Of a stretch of DNA of 64,000 bases, positions 25,547 to 36,650 are shown piece after piece. The position numbers and the translations under genes were made by a program. The number at the start of each line of letters is the position of its first letter. Positions within the stretch are counted from its first letter, which is position 1. The stretch lies in assembly GCF_001677475.2 (NCBI RefSeq), contig NZ_CP015229.1, one strand, 5' to 3'. The notes below the pieces were generated by a model. That model was not told the DNA's origin, did not search any database, and saw nothing but the letters and a program-made list of their open reading frames with translations. This DNA comes from Escherichia coli. Lineage in GTDB: Bacteria > Pseudomonadota > Gammaproteobacteria > Enterobacterales > Enterobacteriaceae.

Positions 25547-27736
25547 TCAGAATTGATACGTGCCGGTAATGCTGAAATTACGCGGTGCGCCGTAGACGAT
25601 AGAACCTTCCACGTTGGTATCGTAGGTTTTGTCGAACAGGTTATTGACGTTCCCCTGTAACGAGAAGTTTTTCGTCACCTGGTAGCGGGTGAAGAGATCC
25701 ACCAGCGCGTAGCTACCTTGCTCGGCGCGGAAGGTGCCATACGGTGTCACGGTGTCGGTATACACGCGATTTTGCCAGTTAACACCACCGCCAACTGTCA
25801 GCTCTGGCATGACAGGCAACCGATAGCTGGTGAACATTTTAACCGTGGTGCGTGGCAGATTAGGATTAACGGCGTTTCCTTCGTTATCCTCTGCAATATA
25901 GCGCGTTGCGCCAAATGTCAGCTGCCAGTTGTCGGTAATTGCGCCGTTGAGTTCAAATTCCACCCCTTTACTGACTGTCCCATCCACCGCTTTATAGGCG
26001 GTTTCGCCGTTGCTGCCGGGGATAGGTGTACCGGTGGACTGAGCGACATTATCCTGCTCAATACGGAAGATGGCTAACGTGGTGGTCAGACGGCTATTCA
26101 TCCAGTCCGATTTCAGACCCAGCTCGTAGTTGTTACCGGTGATTGGAGCCAGATATTTGCCTGAACTGTCACGATCATTTTGCGGCTGGAAAATAGAGGT
26201 ATAGCTGGCGTAGGTCGACCAGTTGTCATTGATGTCAAACACCAGACCAGCGTAAGGCGTGGTGTGGTTTTTCTCCATACTGTAAGTCAGCGTATCAACC
26301 CGCCAGTTGGTATAACGTGCGCCGAGGATCAGATGCAGCGGATCGGCAAGGGTGACACGAGTGGCAGCATATAACGATTTCATATGTGTGGTATCGTCCT
26401 GCGCCAGGCTCTGTGGTGACCAGTCGGTTTGTGGGAAATTGCCATTAAAGTGGTAGAAACTGCCAATTTCATCCGGGAAGATGTTGGCCCATGAACTGAA
26501 GTAACGATTGTTTTGTTTGCTGTAACTGCCACCAAACATTAGATTGTGCTGACGACCAAACAATTCATAACTACCGTCAGCGAACAAATCCAGCGCATCA
26601 ACTTTACGTTTGCCGCTGTTCCAACCGGTGCCGCCGACATAATCAAAGCCAGGTCCATAATTACTGTATGGCCCAACCAGCATACCATCCGCTTTGTTTA
26701 CATAGGCATCGACATACATCATTTTGCTGTCAAATTCGACTTCAGAGTGGGTGGCATTCAGCGTCGCTTGCCAGGTATCAGCAAACCGCTGCTTCAGGGT
26801 CATAAAGACCTTGTTGATCTCTTTATCGTTATACGCCCAGTCAGGTGCGGTACTGCGTGCGCGATCGTAACTGTTGCTGCTGCCATCAGTATTCCAGCGC
26901 GGTAAACCGCCCCAGGTTGGGCTATTAACATCAATGCGCTGATATTCGTAACCGGCTGAAAGCGTCGTAAGATCGCCTAAATCAGCATCGACAATGCCGG
27001 AGAAGAAGGTCTTTTCACTGTTGTAGCGGTCCAGCCATGAGTCGTTATTCTGGTAGCCGCCGACAATTCGCGCGCGGATTTTACCATCTTCGGTGAGTGG
27101 GCTTTGTAAATCCGCCACATACCGTTCTTTGTTCCAGCTACCGTATTCCGCCGAGACATCGCCTTTAAATTCACGACTGGTCGCGTGTTTTCGAATCATA
27201 TTAATTGCCGCAGATGGATTACCCGTCCCGGTCATGAGTCCTGTCGCGCCACGCACTACTTCTACGCGTTCAAACAGTGCCATATCAGAAAGTGCGTCGC
27301 CCAGATTCCAGCGCGATTCAAAATAGGTGGGGATACCATCAACCATATAGTTATCGATCTGGAATCCGCGGGAATAGTAAAGAGCACGATCGGAATCCGC
27401 CTGACTTTTGCTGATCCCCAGCGTGTTTTCCATCACTTCGCCCAGCGTTTGCAACTGCTGATCTTCCATCCGCTGCTGGCTAACAATAGTGACCGACTGA
27501 GGAATATCACGTTGAGTCATCTGCATTTTGGTACCTGCAGAGGTAGACGTTACGCTGTAATCATTTTCGCCATCATCTGGAGCTGTGGCTGAACCCTCAA
27601 CAATCACCGTTTCTTCAGTGGCTGGTGCAGCAAAAGCGGCAGAAGGTAATAGTGCCAGTACAATGCAACCGGCAAGGAGTGACGGTTTGGTGATGACTTG
27701 ATATTGATTATCCCTGTTAAATTGTGTTGAAAGCAT
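25547..27736 (-). CDS. fhuE: TonB-dependent ferric-rhodotorulic acid/coprogen receptor
   Basis: 729 aa, signal peptide, TonB-dependent receptor plug and barrel, C-terminal aromatic residue. Confidence 0.93.
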   Translation of the reverse strand: MLSTQFNRDNQYQVITKPSLLAGCIVLALLPSAAFAAPATEETVIVEGSATAPDDGENDYSVTSTSAGTKMQMTQRDIPQSVTIVSQQRMEDQQLQTLGEVMENTLGISKSQADSDRALYYSRGFQIDNYMVDGIPTYFESRWNLGDALSDMALFERVEVVRGATGLMTGTGNPSAAINMIRKHATSREFKGDVSAEYGSWNKERYVADLQSPLTEDGKIRARIVGGYQNNDSWLDRYNSEKTFFSGIVDADLGDLTTLSAGYEYQRIDVNSPTWGGLPRWNTDGSSNSYDRARSTAPDWAYNDKEINKVFMTLKQRFADTWQATLNATHSEVEFDSKMMYVDAYVNKADGMLVGPYSNYGPGFDYVGGTGWNSGKRKVDALDLFADGSYELFGRQHNLMFGGSYSKQNNRYFSSWANIFPDEIGSFYHFNGNFPQTDWSPQSLAQDDTTHMKSLYAATRVTLADPLHLILGARYTNWRVDTLTYSMEKNHTTPYAGLVFDINDNWSTYASYTSIFQPQNDRDSSGKYLAPITGNNYELGLKSDWMNSRLTTTLAIFRIEQDNVAQSTGTPIPGSNGETAYKAVDGTVSKGVEFELNGAITDNWQLTFGATRYIAEDNEGNAVNPNLPRTTVKMFTSYRLPVMPELTVGGGVNWQNRVYTDTVTPYGTFRAEQGSYALVDLFTRYQVTKNFSLQGNVNNLFDKTYDTNVEGSIVYGAPRNFSITGTYQF

Positions 27737-28069
27737 TTGAAATCTCTTGGTTTATGTTGTCGTCAGGCTCATGCCGGAGGAGGGTGATGAGCGGTTATAT
27801 TTAGTGTGCGAATAATTTTGCATGTAAATGCAAATGAGAAATATACGCATTCATATTTGACGTGTAAACCAAACAGAGAATGTCTTTTCAGCGCATTCGC
27901 AGGCAGAAATGGGAATAATGGCGATATATACGGCAGCAAAACGATTTTTTGCTTAAGAAATCGTGAGTTAAGGTTGAAAGAGCAGGTTTAACTCGACCAT
28001 ACTCTATACTCGCAGTGTGGCGCGGCGTAGCATGGCGCAACGCATGGCTATTTGAAAAAGGAAAATGTC

Positions 28070-28429
28070 GTGGCAGAAGAAACTATATTCAGCAAAATTA
28101 TTCGTCGTGAGATCCCCTCCGATATCGTCTACCAGGATGATCTGGTAACGGCGTTTCGCGATATTTCGCCGCAAGCGCCAACGCATATTCTGATCATTCC
28201 GAATATCCTCATTCCGACTGTGAACGACGTGTCAGCTGAGCATGAGCAGGCGCTGGGACGCATGATCACCGTAGCGGCAAAAATTGCTGAGCAAGAAGGT
28301 ATTGCCGAAGATGGCTATCGTCTGATCATGAATACCAACCGCCATGGCGGACAAGAGGTTTACCACATCCATATGCACTTGTTGGGTGGCCGTCCGCTGG
28401 GACCAATGCTGGCGCATAAAGGTCTGTAA
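28070..28429 (+). CDS. hinT: HIT-family purine nucleoside phosphoramidase
   Basis: 119 aa from GTG ([11 protein letters not shown]); HIT motif HIHMHLLGG; track ORF starts 18 nt upstream at TTG. Confidence 0.9.
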   Translation: MAEETIFSKIIRREIPSDIVYQDDLVTAFRDISPQAPTHILIIPNILIPTVNDVSAEHEQALGRMITVAAKIAEQEGIAEDGYRLIMNTNRHGGQEVYHIHMHLLGGRPLGPMLAHKGL

Positions 28430-28431
28430 CG

Positions 28432-28809
28432 ATGAGAAAAGGATGCTTTGGGCTGGTGTCTCTGGCGTTGTTATTGCTGGTGGGCTGTCGTTCACATCCG
28501 GAAATTCCGGTGAATGATGAGCAATCGCTGGTGATGGAGTCATCTTTATTGGCTGCGGGCATCAGTGCAGAAAAGCCCGTCCTTTCGACGTCTGATATTC
28601 AACCTTCAGCATCCTCAACGCTTTATAACGAAAGGCAAGAACCCGTTACCGTTCATTATCGTTTTTACTGGTATGACGCCAGAGGGCTGGAGATGCATCC
28701 TCTGGAAAGGCCACGCAGCGTTACCATTCCTGCACATTCGGCGGTAACGCTGTACGGCAGCGCCAATTTTCTGGGGGCGCACAAAGTCAGACTTTATCTA
28801 TATTTGTAA
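28432..28809 (+). CDS. ycfL: lipoprotein YcfL
   Basis: 125 aa with lipobox LLLVGC. Confidence 0.88.
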   Translation: MRKGCFGLVSLALLLLVGCRSHPEIPVNDEQSLVMESSLLAAGISAEKPVLSTSDIQPSASSTLYNERQEPVTVHYRFYWYDARGLEMHPLERPRSVTIPAHSAVTLYGSANFLGAHKVRLYLYL

Positions 28810-28819
28810 GGGGTGAATC

Positions 28820-29444
28820 TTGATGACAAAAATGAGTCGCTACGCCTTGATTACCGCGCTGGCGATGTTTCTCGCCGGGTGTGTGGGGCAACGTGAACCT
28901 GCACCGGTAGAAGAAGTGAAACCAGCGCCGGAACAACCAGCCGAGCCACAACAGCCTGTCCCCACAGTGCCCTCGGTGCCGACGATCCCGCAGCAGCCAG
29001 GCCCAATTGAGCACGAAGATCAAACTGCACCGCCTGCGCCGCATATTCGCCATTATGACTGGAATGGCGCAATGCAGCCGATGGTCAGTAAGATGCTTGG
29101 GGCTGACGGGGTGACTGCGGGTAGCGTCCTGCTGGTTGATAGCGTTAACAACCGTACTAACGGTTCGCTGAATGCCGCAGAAGCGACCGAAACGCTGCGA
29201 AATGCGCTGGCTAATAACGGGAAATTTACCCTGGTTTCCGCCCAGCAGCTGTCGATGGCTAAGCAACAGTTAGGTTTGTCGCCGCAGGACAGTTTAGGCA
29301 CCCGTAGTAAAGCCATAGGCATTGCCCGCAATGTCGGCGCTCATTACGTGCTGTACTCCAGCGCCTCTGGCAACGTTAACGCACCGACCCTACAAATGCA
29401 GCTGATGCTGGTGCAGACGGGCGAAATTATCTGGTCAGGTAAAG

Positions 29445-29464
<20 letters not shown>
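28820..29464 (+). CDS. lpoB: PBP1b activator lipoprotein LpoB
   Basis: 214 aa, lipobox LAGC, Pro-rich linker then globular domain. Confidence 0.9.
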
Positions 29465-31305
<1,841 letters not shown>

Positions 31306-31327
31306 CCCTGGCTTATGTGAGGAAGCG

Positions 31328-31870
31328 ATGATTATCTATTTACACGGTTTTGACTCTAACAGTCCGGGTAACCACGAGAAAGTCTTACAATTGCAGTTTA
31401 TTGACCCGGATGTACGCTTGATAAGCTACAGTACGCGGCATCCGAAACATGATATGCAGCATCTGCTTAAAGAAGTGGACAAAATGTTACAACTAAACGT
31501 CGACGAGCGTCCGCTAATTTGCGGCGTTGGTCTGGGCGGATACTGGGCGGAACGGATTGGTTTTCTTTGCGACATCCGCCAGGTAATCTTCAACCCTAAT
31601 TTGTTCCCTTATGAGAACATGGAAGGCAAGATTGATCGCCCGGAAGAGTATGCCGATATTGCCACTAAGTGTGTGACCAACTTCCGTGAGAAGAATCGCG
31701 ATCGTTGCCTGGTGATTTTGTCGCGTAATGATGAAGCGCTTAACAGCCAGCGGACATCTGAAGAGCTGCATCATTATTACGAGATTGTCTGGGACGAAGA
31801 GCAGTCGCACAAATTCAAGAATATCTCCCCGCATTTGCAGCGCATTAAAGCGTTCAAAACCCTCGGGTAA
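31328..31870 (+). CDS. ycfP: alpha/beta hydrolase-fold protein YcfP
   Basis: 180 aa from [15 protein letters not shown]. Confidence 0.88.
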   Translation: MIIYLHGFDSNSPGNHEKVLQLQFIDPDVRLISYSTRHPKHDMQHLLKEVDKMLQLNVDERPLICGVGLGGYWAERIGFLCDIRQVIFNPNLFPYENMEGKIDRPEEYADIATKCVTNFREKNRDRCLVILSRNDEALNSQRTSEELHHYYEIVWDEEQSHKFKNISPHLQRIKAFKTLG

Positions 31871-31960
31871 ATGCCCTCGTCGCATCAGGTAACCTTGCCG
31901 GTACCTGATGCGCCTCTTATCAGGCCTACCAAACGCCCTCCATACACCCCTCACGCTATA
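31871..31960. repeat. REP element
   Basis: tcgcatcaggtaacc...cctgatgcgc...cttatcaggcctac REP-like palindromes. Confidence 0.5.
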
Positions 31961-32200
31961 CCACTCTCACAAATTCGCTCAAATAATAAACAATAAACTC
32001 TGTTTTTTGATCTCACCCGGTAAAGTCGCCTATCTTTTCAGCAACAAAACTTGATTAACATCAATTTTGGTATGACCAATGCACCATTCATGTTATTCTC
32101 AATAGCGAAGAACATTTTCATTGCTGTAACCTGTTGTTAATTAAGAGCTATGTTAATAATCATTAATTAACAATTGGTTAATAAATTTAAGGGGGTCACG

Positions 32201-33505
32201 TTGACTACGCCATTGAAAAAAATTGTGATTGTCGGCGGCGGTGCTGGTGGGCTGGAAATGGCAACACAGCTGGGGCATAAGCTGGGACGCAAGAAAAAAG
32301 CCAAAATTACGCTGGTCGATCGTAACCACAGCCACCTGTGGAAACCGCTGCTGCACGAAGTGGCGACTGGCTCGCTTGATGAAGGCGTCGATGCGTTGAG
32401 CTATCTGGCACATGCGCGCAATCATGGTTTCCAGTTCCAGCTGGGTTCCGTCATTGATATTGATCGTGAAGCGAAAACAATCACTATTGCAGAACTGCGC
32501 GACGAGAAAGGTGAACTGCTGGTTCCGGAACGTAAAATCGCCTATGACACCCTGGTAATGGCGCTGGGTAGCACCTCTAACGATTTCAATACGCCAGGTG
32601 TCAAAGAGAACTGCATTTTCCTCGATAACCCGCACCAGGCGCGTCGCTTCCACCAGGAGATGCTGAATCTGTTCCTGAAATACTCCGCCAACCTGGGCGC
32701 GAATGGCAAAGTGAACATTGCGATTGTCGGCGGCGGCGCGACGGGTGTAGAACTCTCCGCTGAATTGCACAACGCGGTCAAGCAACTGCATAGCTATGGT
32801 TACAAAGGCCTGACCAACGAAGCCCTGAACGTAACGCTGGTAGAAGCGGGAGAACGTATTTTGCCTGCATTACCGCCACGTATCTCTGCTGCGGCCCACA
32901 ACGAGCTAACGAAACTTGGCGTTCGCGTGCTGACGCAAACCATGGTCACCAGTGCTGATGAAGGCGGCCTGCACACTAAAGATGGCGAATATATTGAGGC
33001 TGATCTGATGGTATGGGCAGCCGGGATCAAAGCGCCAGACTTCCTGAAAGATATCGGTGGTCTTGAAACCAACCGTATCAACCAGCTGGTGGTGGAACCG
33101 ACGCTGCAAACCACCCGTGATCCAGACATTTACGCTATTGGCGACTGCGCGTCATGCCCGCGTCCGGAAGGGGGCTTTGTTCCGCCGCGAGCTCAGGCTG
33201 CACACCAGATGGCGACCTGCGCAATGAACAACATTCTGGCGCAGATGAACGGTAAGCCGCTGAAAAATTATCAGTATAAAGATCATGGTTCACTGGTATC
33301 GCTGTCGAACTTCTCCACCGTCGGTAGCCTGATGGGTAACCTGACGCGCGGCTCAATGATGATTGAAGGACGAATTGCGCGCTTTGTATATATCTCGCTA
33401 TACCGAATGCATCAGATTGCGCTGCATGGTTACTTTAAAACCGGATTAATGATGCTGGTGGGGAGTATTAACCGCGTTATCCGTCCACGTTTGAAGTTGC
33501 ATTAA
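32201..33505 (+). CDS. ndh: type II NADH:quinone oxidoreductase (NDH-2)
   Basis: 434 aa from TTG start preceded by SD aggggg; two GxGxxG dinucleotide-binding motifs. Confidence 0.93.
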
Positions 33506-33650
33506 TCGGCTTGTACTGGCGGATGCGGCGCAAACGCCTTATCCGCCCTGGACAAATGGTATGAGCGGTAGGCCTGATAAGACGCGTTAAGCGTCGCATC
33601 AGGCATTCCTTCAGACTCCTCCGAATCCTTAAGTATTTCCAGCCATTCCC
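33506..33650. repeat. REP/BIME cluster
   Basis: gcggatgcggcg, gcctgataagacgcg...cgtcgcatcaggc palindromic units. Confidence 0.6.
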
Positions 33651-33731
33651 GCGCTTTTCATCTTCTGTCTGATAGCTGCTTTTCTCCTTCGCTTGCATGA
33701 TTGGCATAACTGCAAAGAAGGAGGTGTTCCC

Positions 33732-34271
33732 GTGAATAAATCAATGTTGGCGGGTATCGGGATTGGTGTCGCAGCTGCGCTGGGCGTAGCGGCAGTGGCC
33801 AGTCTGAACGTGTTTGAACGGGGCCCGCAATACGCTCAGGTTGTTTCTGCAACCCCAATCAAGGAAACGGTTAAAACACCGCGTCAGGAGTGTCGCAACG
33901 TCACAGTGACCCATCGTCGACCGGTGCAGGATGAAAATCGCATTACCGGGTCGGTGCTCGGCGCTGTTGCTGGCGGCGTGATAGGGCATCAGTTTGGTGG
34001 TGGTCGTGGTAAAGATGTCGCCACTGTTGTGGGGGCGCTGGGGGGGGGATATGCCGGTAACCAGATCCAGGGCTCTCTCCAGGAAAGCGATACTTACACG
34101 ACTACGCAACAGCGTTGTAAAACGGTGTATGACAAGTCAGAAAAAATGCTCGGTTATGATGTGACCTATAAGATTGGCGATCAGCAGGGCAAAATCCGCA
34201 TGGACCGCGATCCGGGTACGCAAATCCCACTAGATAGCAACGGGCAACTGATTTTGAATAACAAAGTATAA
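33732..34271 (+). CDS. ycfJ: Gly-rich outer-membrane lipoprotein-like protein YcfJ
   Basis: 179 aa from GTG; N-terminal hydrophobic segment, Gly-zipper repeats. Confidence 0.85.
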   Translation: MNKSMLAGIGIGVAAALGVAAVASLNVFERGPQYAQVVSATPIKETVKTPRQECRNVTVTHRRPVQDENRITGSVLGAVAGGVIGHQFGGGRGKDVATVVGALGGGYAGNQIQGSLQESDTYTTTQQRCKTVYDKSEKMLGYDVTYKIGDQQGKIRMDRDPGTQIPLDSNGQLILNNKV

Positions 34272-34332
34272 CAAGGCTGTACTCTGCAATTTAGCCCCTC
34301 ATTCGCTCAGGCTGAGGGGCTTTTTTTGCGAC

Positions 34333-34965
34333 TTATTTCACCAGTTCGGGCCATAAACGCAAAGTCGTTCCGGCAATCTGCATCAGTTTTTCCAGCGATG
34401 CACCTTCGCGTGCGCTGATCGACATCCCCTGAATAATACAATTAAGGAATTCTGCCAGATGTGTCACGTCACAGTGGGTCGGGATTTCCCCGCGCGCTTG
34501 TCGTTGACATAAAAACTGCTGCAAAGTGCGCTCTTGCATCGCATGGCGTGATTTCAACGTATTGGCGATATCTCCTGAATCCGGGGAGAGGGTGGTGCAG
34601 TTGTTGATCATGAAGCAGCCTGCCGGGGTGTCTTTGCTGGTAAAGCAGTTGGCGATGGCAGCAAAATAGTCAGCCAGCGCAGACTCCACGCTTTTCTCTT
34701 CACAAAACAGCTGTGCTTCATGCTTAGCGGCAAAACGATCGATATAGCGGTCGAGTACGGCGCGGAATAACCCCTCTTTGTTGGTAAATTCCGCGTATAG
34801 CGTGGGCGCTTTGGCTCCGGTCGCTTCGACGAGGTCCGCAAGAGAAGTCGCTTCATAACCATGCTGCCAGAACAATTTCATGGCCTTATCAAGCGCGGCA
34901 TCCCTGTCGAACACTTTTGGGCGGCCACGGCTTTTTTTTACACATTGTGTTGAGTCAGTTGCCAT
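34333..34965 (-). CDS. comR: TetR-family repressor ComR (YcfQ)
   Basis: 210 aa from MATDSTQCVKKSRGRPK; TetR HTH; track ORF extends 26 codons upstream. Confidence 0.88.
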   Translation of the reverse strand: MATDSTQCVKKSRGRPKVFDRDAALDKAMKLFWQHGYEATSLADLVEATGAKAPTLYAEFTNKEGLFRAVLDRYIDRFAAKHEAQLFCEEKSVESALADYFAAIANCFTSKDTPAGCFMINNCTTLSPDSGDIANTLKSRHAMQERTLQQFLCQRQARGEIPTHCDVTHLAEFLNCIIQGMSISAREGASLEKLMQIAGTTLRLWPELVK

Positions 34966-35205
34966 GATGCCGTTGTACCTGGTGACTGTGAATGGAAGGT
35001 TATTATAAAAATAATCACCTCCGTTCACCAGTCCAGAAACCATAAAAATAATTGCTTTCTATTTAACTGAAATTTAAAGGTTTTTAAATTAATTAATGAT
35101 TGTTATAAAAAATATCTTGTATGTGATCCAGATCACATCTATCATTTAGTTATCGATCGTTAAGTAATTGCTTACGACGCCATTCATCTGCATAAGGCCA
35201 CTATT

Positions 35206-35463
35206 ATGAAAAACGTAAAAACCCTCATCGCTGCGGCGATTTTAAGCTCCATGTCATTTGCCAGCTTTGCGGCTGTCGAAGTTCAGTCAACGCCAGAAGG
35301 CCAACAAAAAGTCGGTACTATCAGTGCTAACGCGGGGACAAATCTGGGATCGCTGGAAGAGTAGCTGGCGCAAAAAGCGGATGAGATGGGCGCAAAATCT
35401 TTCCGTATTACTTCTGTAACCGGTCCGAATACCCTCCATGGAACAGCAGTAATTTATAAATAA
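35206..35463 (+). pseudogene. bhsA: bhsA/ycfR (YhcN/DUF1471 family stress protein) interrupted by in-frame amber codon
   Basis: 85-codon frame MKNVKTLIAAAILSSMSFASFA...GSLEE-TAG-LAQKADEMGAKSFRITSVTGPNTLHGTAVIYK; TAG at 35362-35364 (codon 53); absent from the >=60-aa ORF track for this reason. Confidence 0.8.
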
Positions 35464-35544
35464 GCATTAACCCTCATTAATGCCTGCTACTGCTGATTTT
35501 TTCCCCGCGACATGCCGTGTCGCGGGGATTTTTTTATCCGGGCT

Positions 35545-36510
35545 TTACAGAGTTTGTGGGCTCACTTGATGACGGCGGACATCCACCGGCATCCCGGAAC
35601 GGACATCCATGACATGTTGCATCACTTCAGCGTCAGTTTGTGCTGCATCTTTAAATGATTGCATTGCGCTATTCAGCGTAATTGGCAGCAGCTGCGGATC
35701 GTCATCAATCTTCTCTGACAGCGGCTGATGTACTTCAACCAGACGCGCACCGTTTGGTTCGGCAGAGACTTTAATCGGGGTGTTGATGATATTTACTTTG
35801 GTACCTGGGGTGACCTGGCTAAAGAGTGTTTTGATATCGTCATCCCGCAGACGAATACAGCCAGAACTTACCCGCATGCCAATGCCGAAATCGGCGTTCG
35901 TACCGTGAAGCAAATAAACGCCGCCATAGGCCGCCAGGCGAATCGCATGATGGCCCATTGGGTTATCCGGTCCAGCCGGAACTACCGCAGGCAACTCAAT
36001 TCCCTGTGCCTTATACCGCGCGCGGATGTTTGCCGTTGGCGTCCAGGTTGGGTTTGCACGTTTGTCTGAAACGGTGGTCACCATTGTCGGTGTCAGCGTG
36101 TCACCACCCAACTGACCAATGCCGATGGGATACACGGTTACCGAATTTTTACCCGGCGGGTAGTAATAGAGACGCAGCTCCGCAATGTTGATCACAATGC
36201 CTTCGCGCGGCGCGTCTGGAAGTAGGGTTTGCAACGGGATCGTTAACACGCTACCCGCGCGCGGTACGTAAGGATCAACGCCGGGGTTAGCCTGTAACAG
36301 AGCGAGAAAGCCGACGTTATATTTTTTGGCGATGGCTTCCAGAGAACCACCGTCATTTTCCACCACATGAAATTTGTTTTCACCAACCAGACGACTGCCC
36401 GCTGGTGGCAGCGGCCAGGTGTTGGCTTTTGCCGGTAGCGCCAGCGCCACGGCAGCGGCGAACGTAAAAAACGTTAGCCAGCGAGAAAAACGCGTTTTGA
36501 TCATCACCAA
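35545..36510 (-). CDS. ldtC: L,D-transpeptidase LdtC (YcfS)
   Basis: About 320 aa, signal peptide, YkuD domain with catalytic Cys in SSGCIRL; start may be GTG at 36507. Confidence 0.9.
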   Translation of the reverse strand: MVMIKTRFSRWLTFFTFAAAVALALPAKANTWPLPPAGSRLVGENKFHVVENDGGSLEAIAKKYNVGFLALLQANPGVDPYVPRAGSVLTIPLQTLLPDAPREGIVINIAELRLYYYPPGKNSVTVYPIGIGQLGGDTLTPTMVTTVSDKRANPTWTPTANIRARYKAQGIELPAVVPAGPDNPMGHHAIRLAAYGGVYLLHGTNADFGIGMRVSSGCIRLRDDDIKTLFSQVTPGTKVNIINTPIKVSAEPNGARLVEVHQPLSEKIDDDPQLLPITLNSAMQSFKDAAQTDAEVMQHVMDVRSGMPVDVRRHQVSPQTL

Positions 36511-36650
36511 AAATCCATAATAAATATAAGGTTATTGTAATAAACAGATAAGCCTGAATTATGGATGGTGACAGTGTCGGATAGTGCAGGGAAGTGCAAA
36601 GAATTTGTAAATGTTGCAGATGGGGGCGCAGAAACGCCCCCGATTTACCA

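Noticed and set aside
32153-32791. 212-aa minus-strand ORF
   Set aside because: Antisense to the ndh 5' region; ndh has the GxGxxG motifs and K-12-consistent length.
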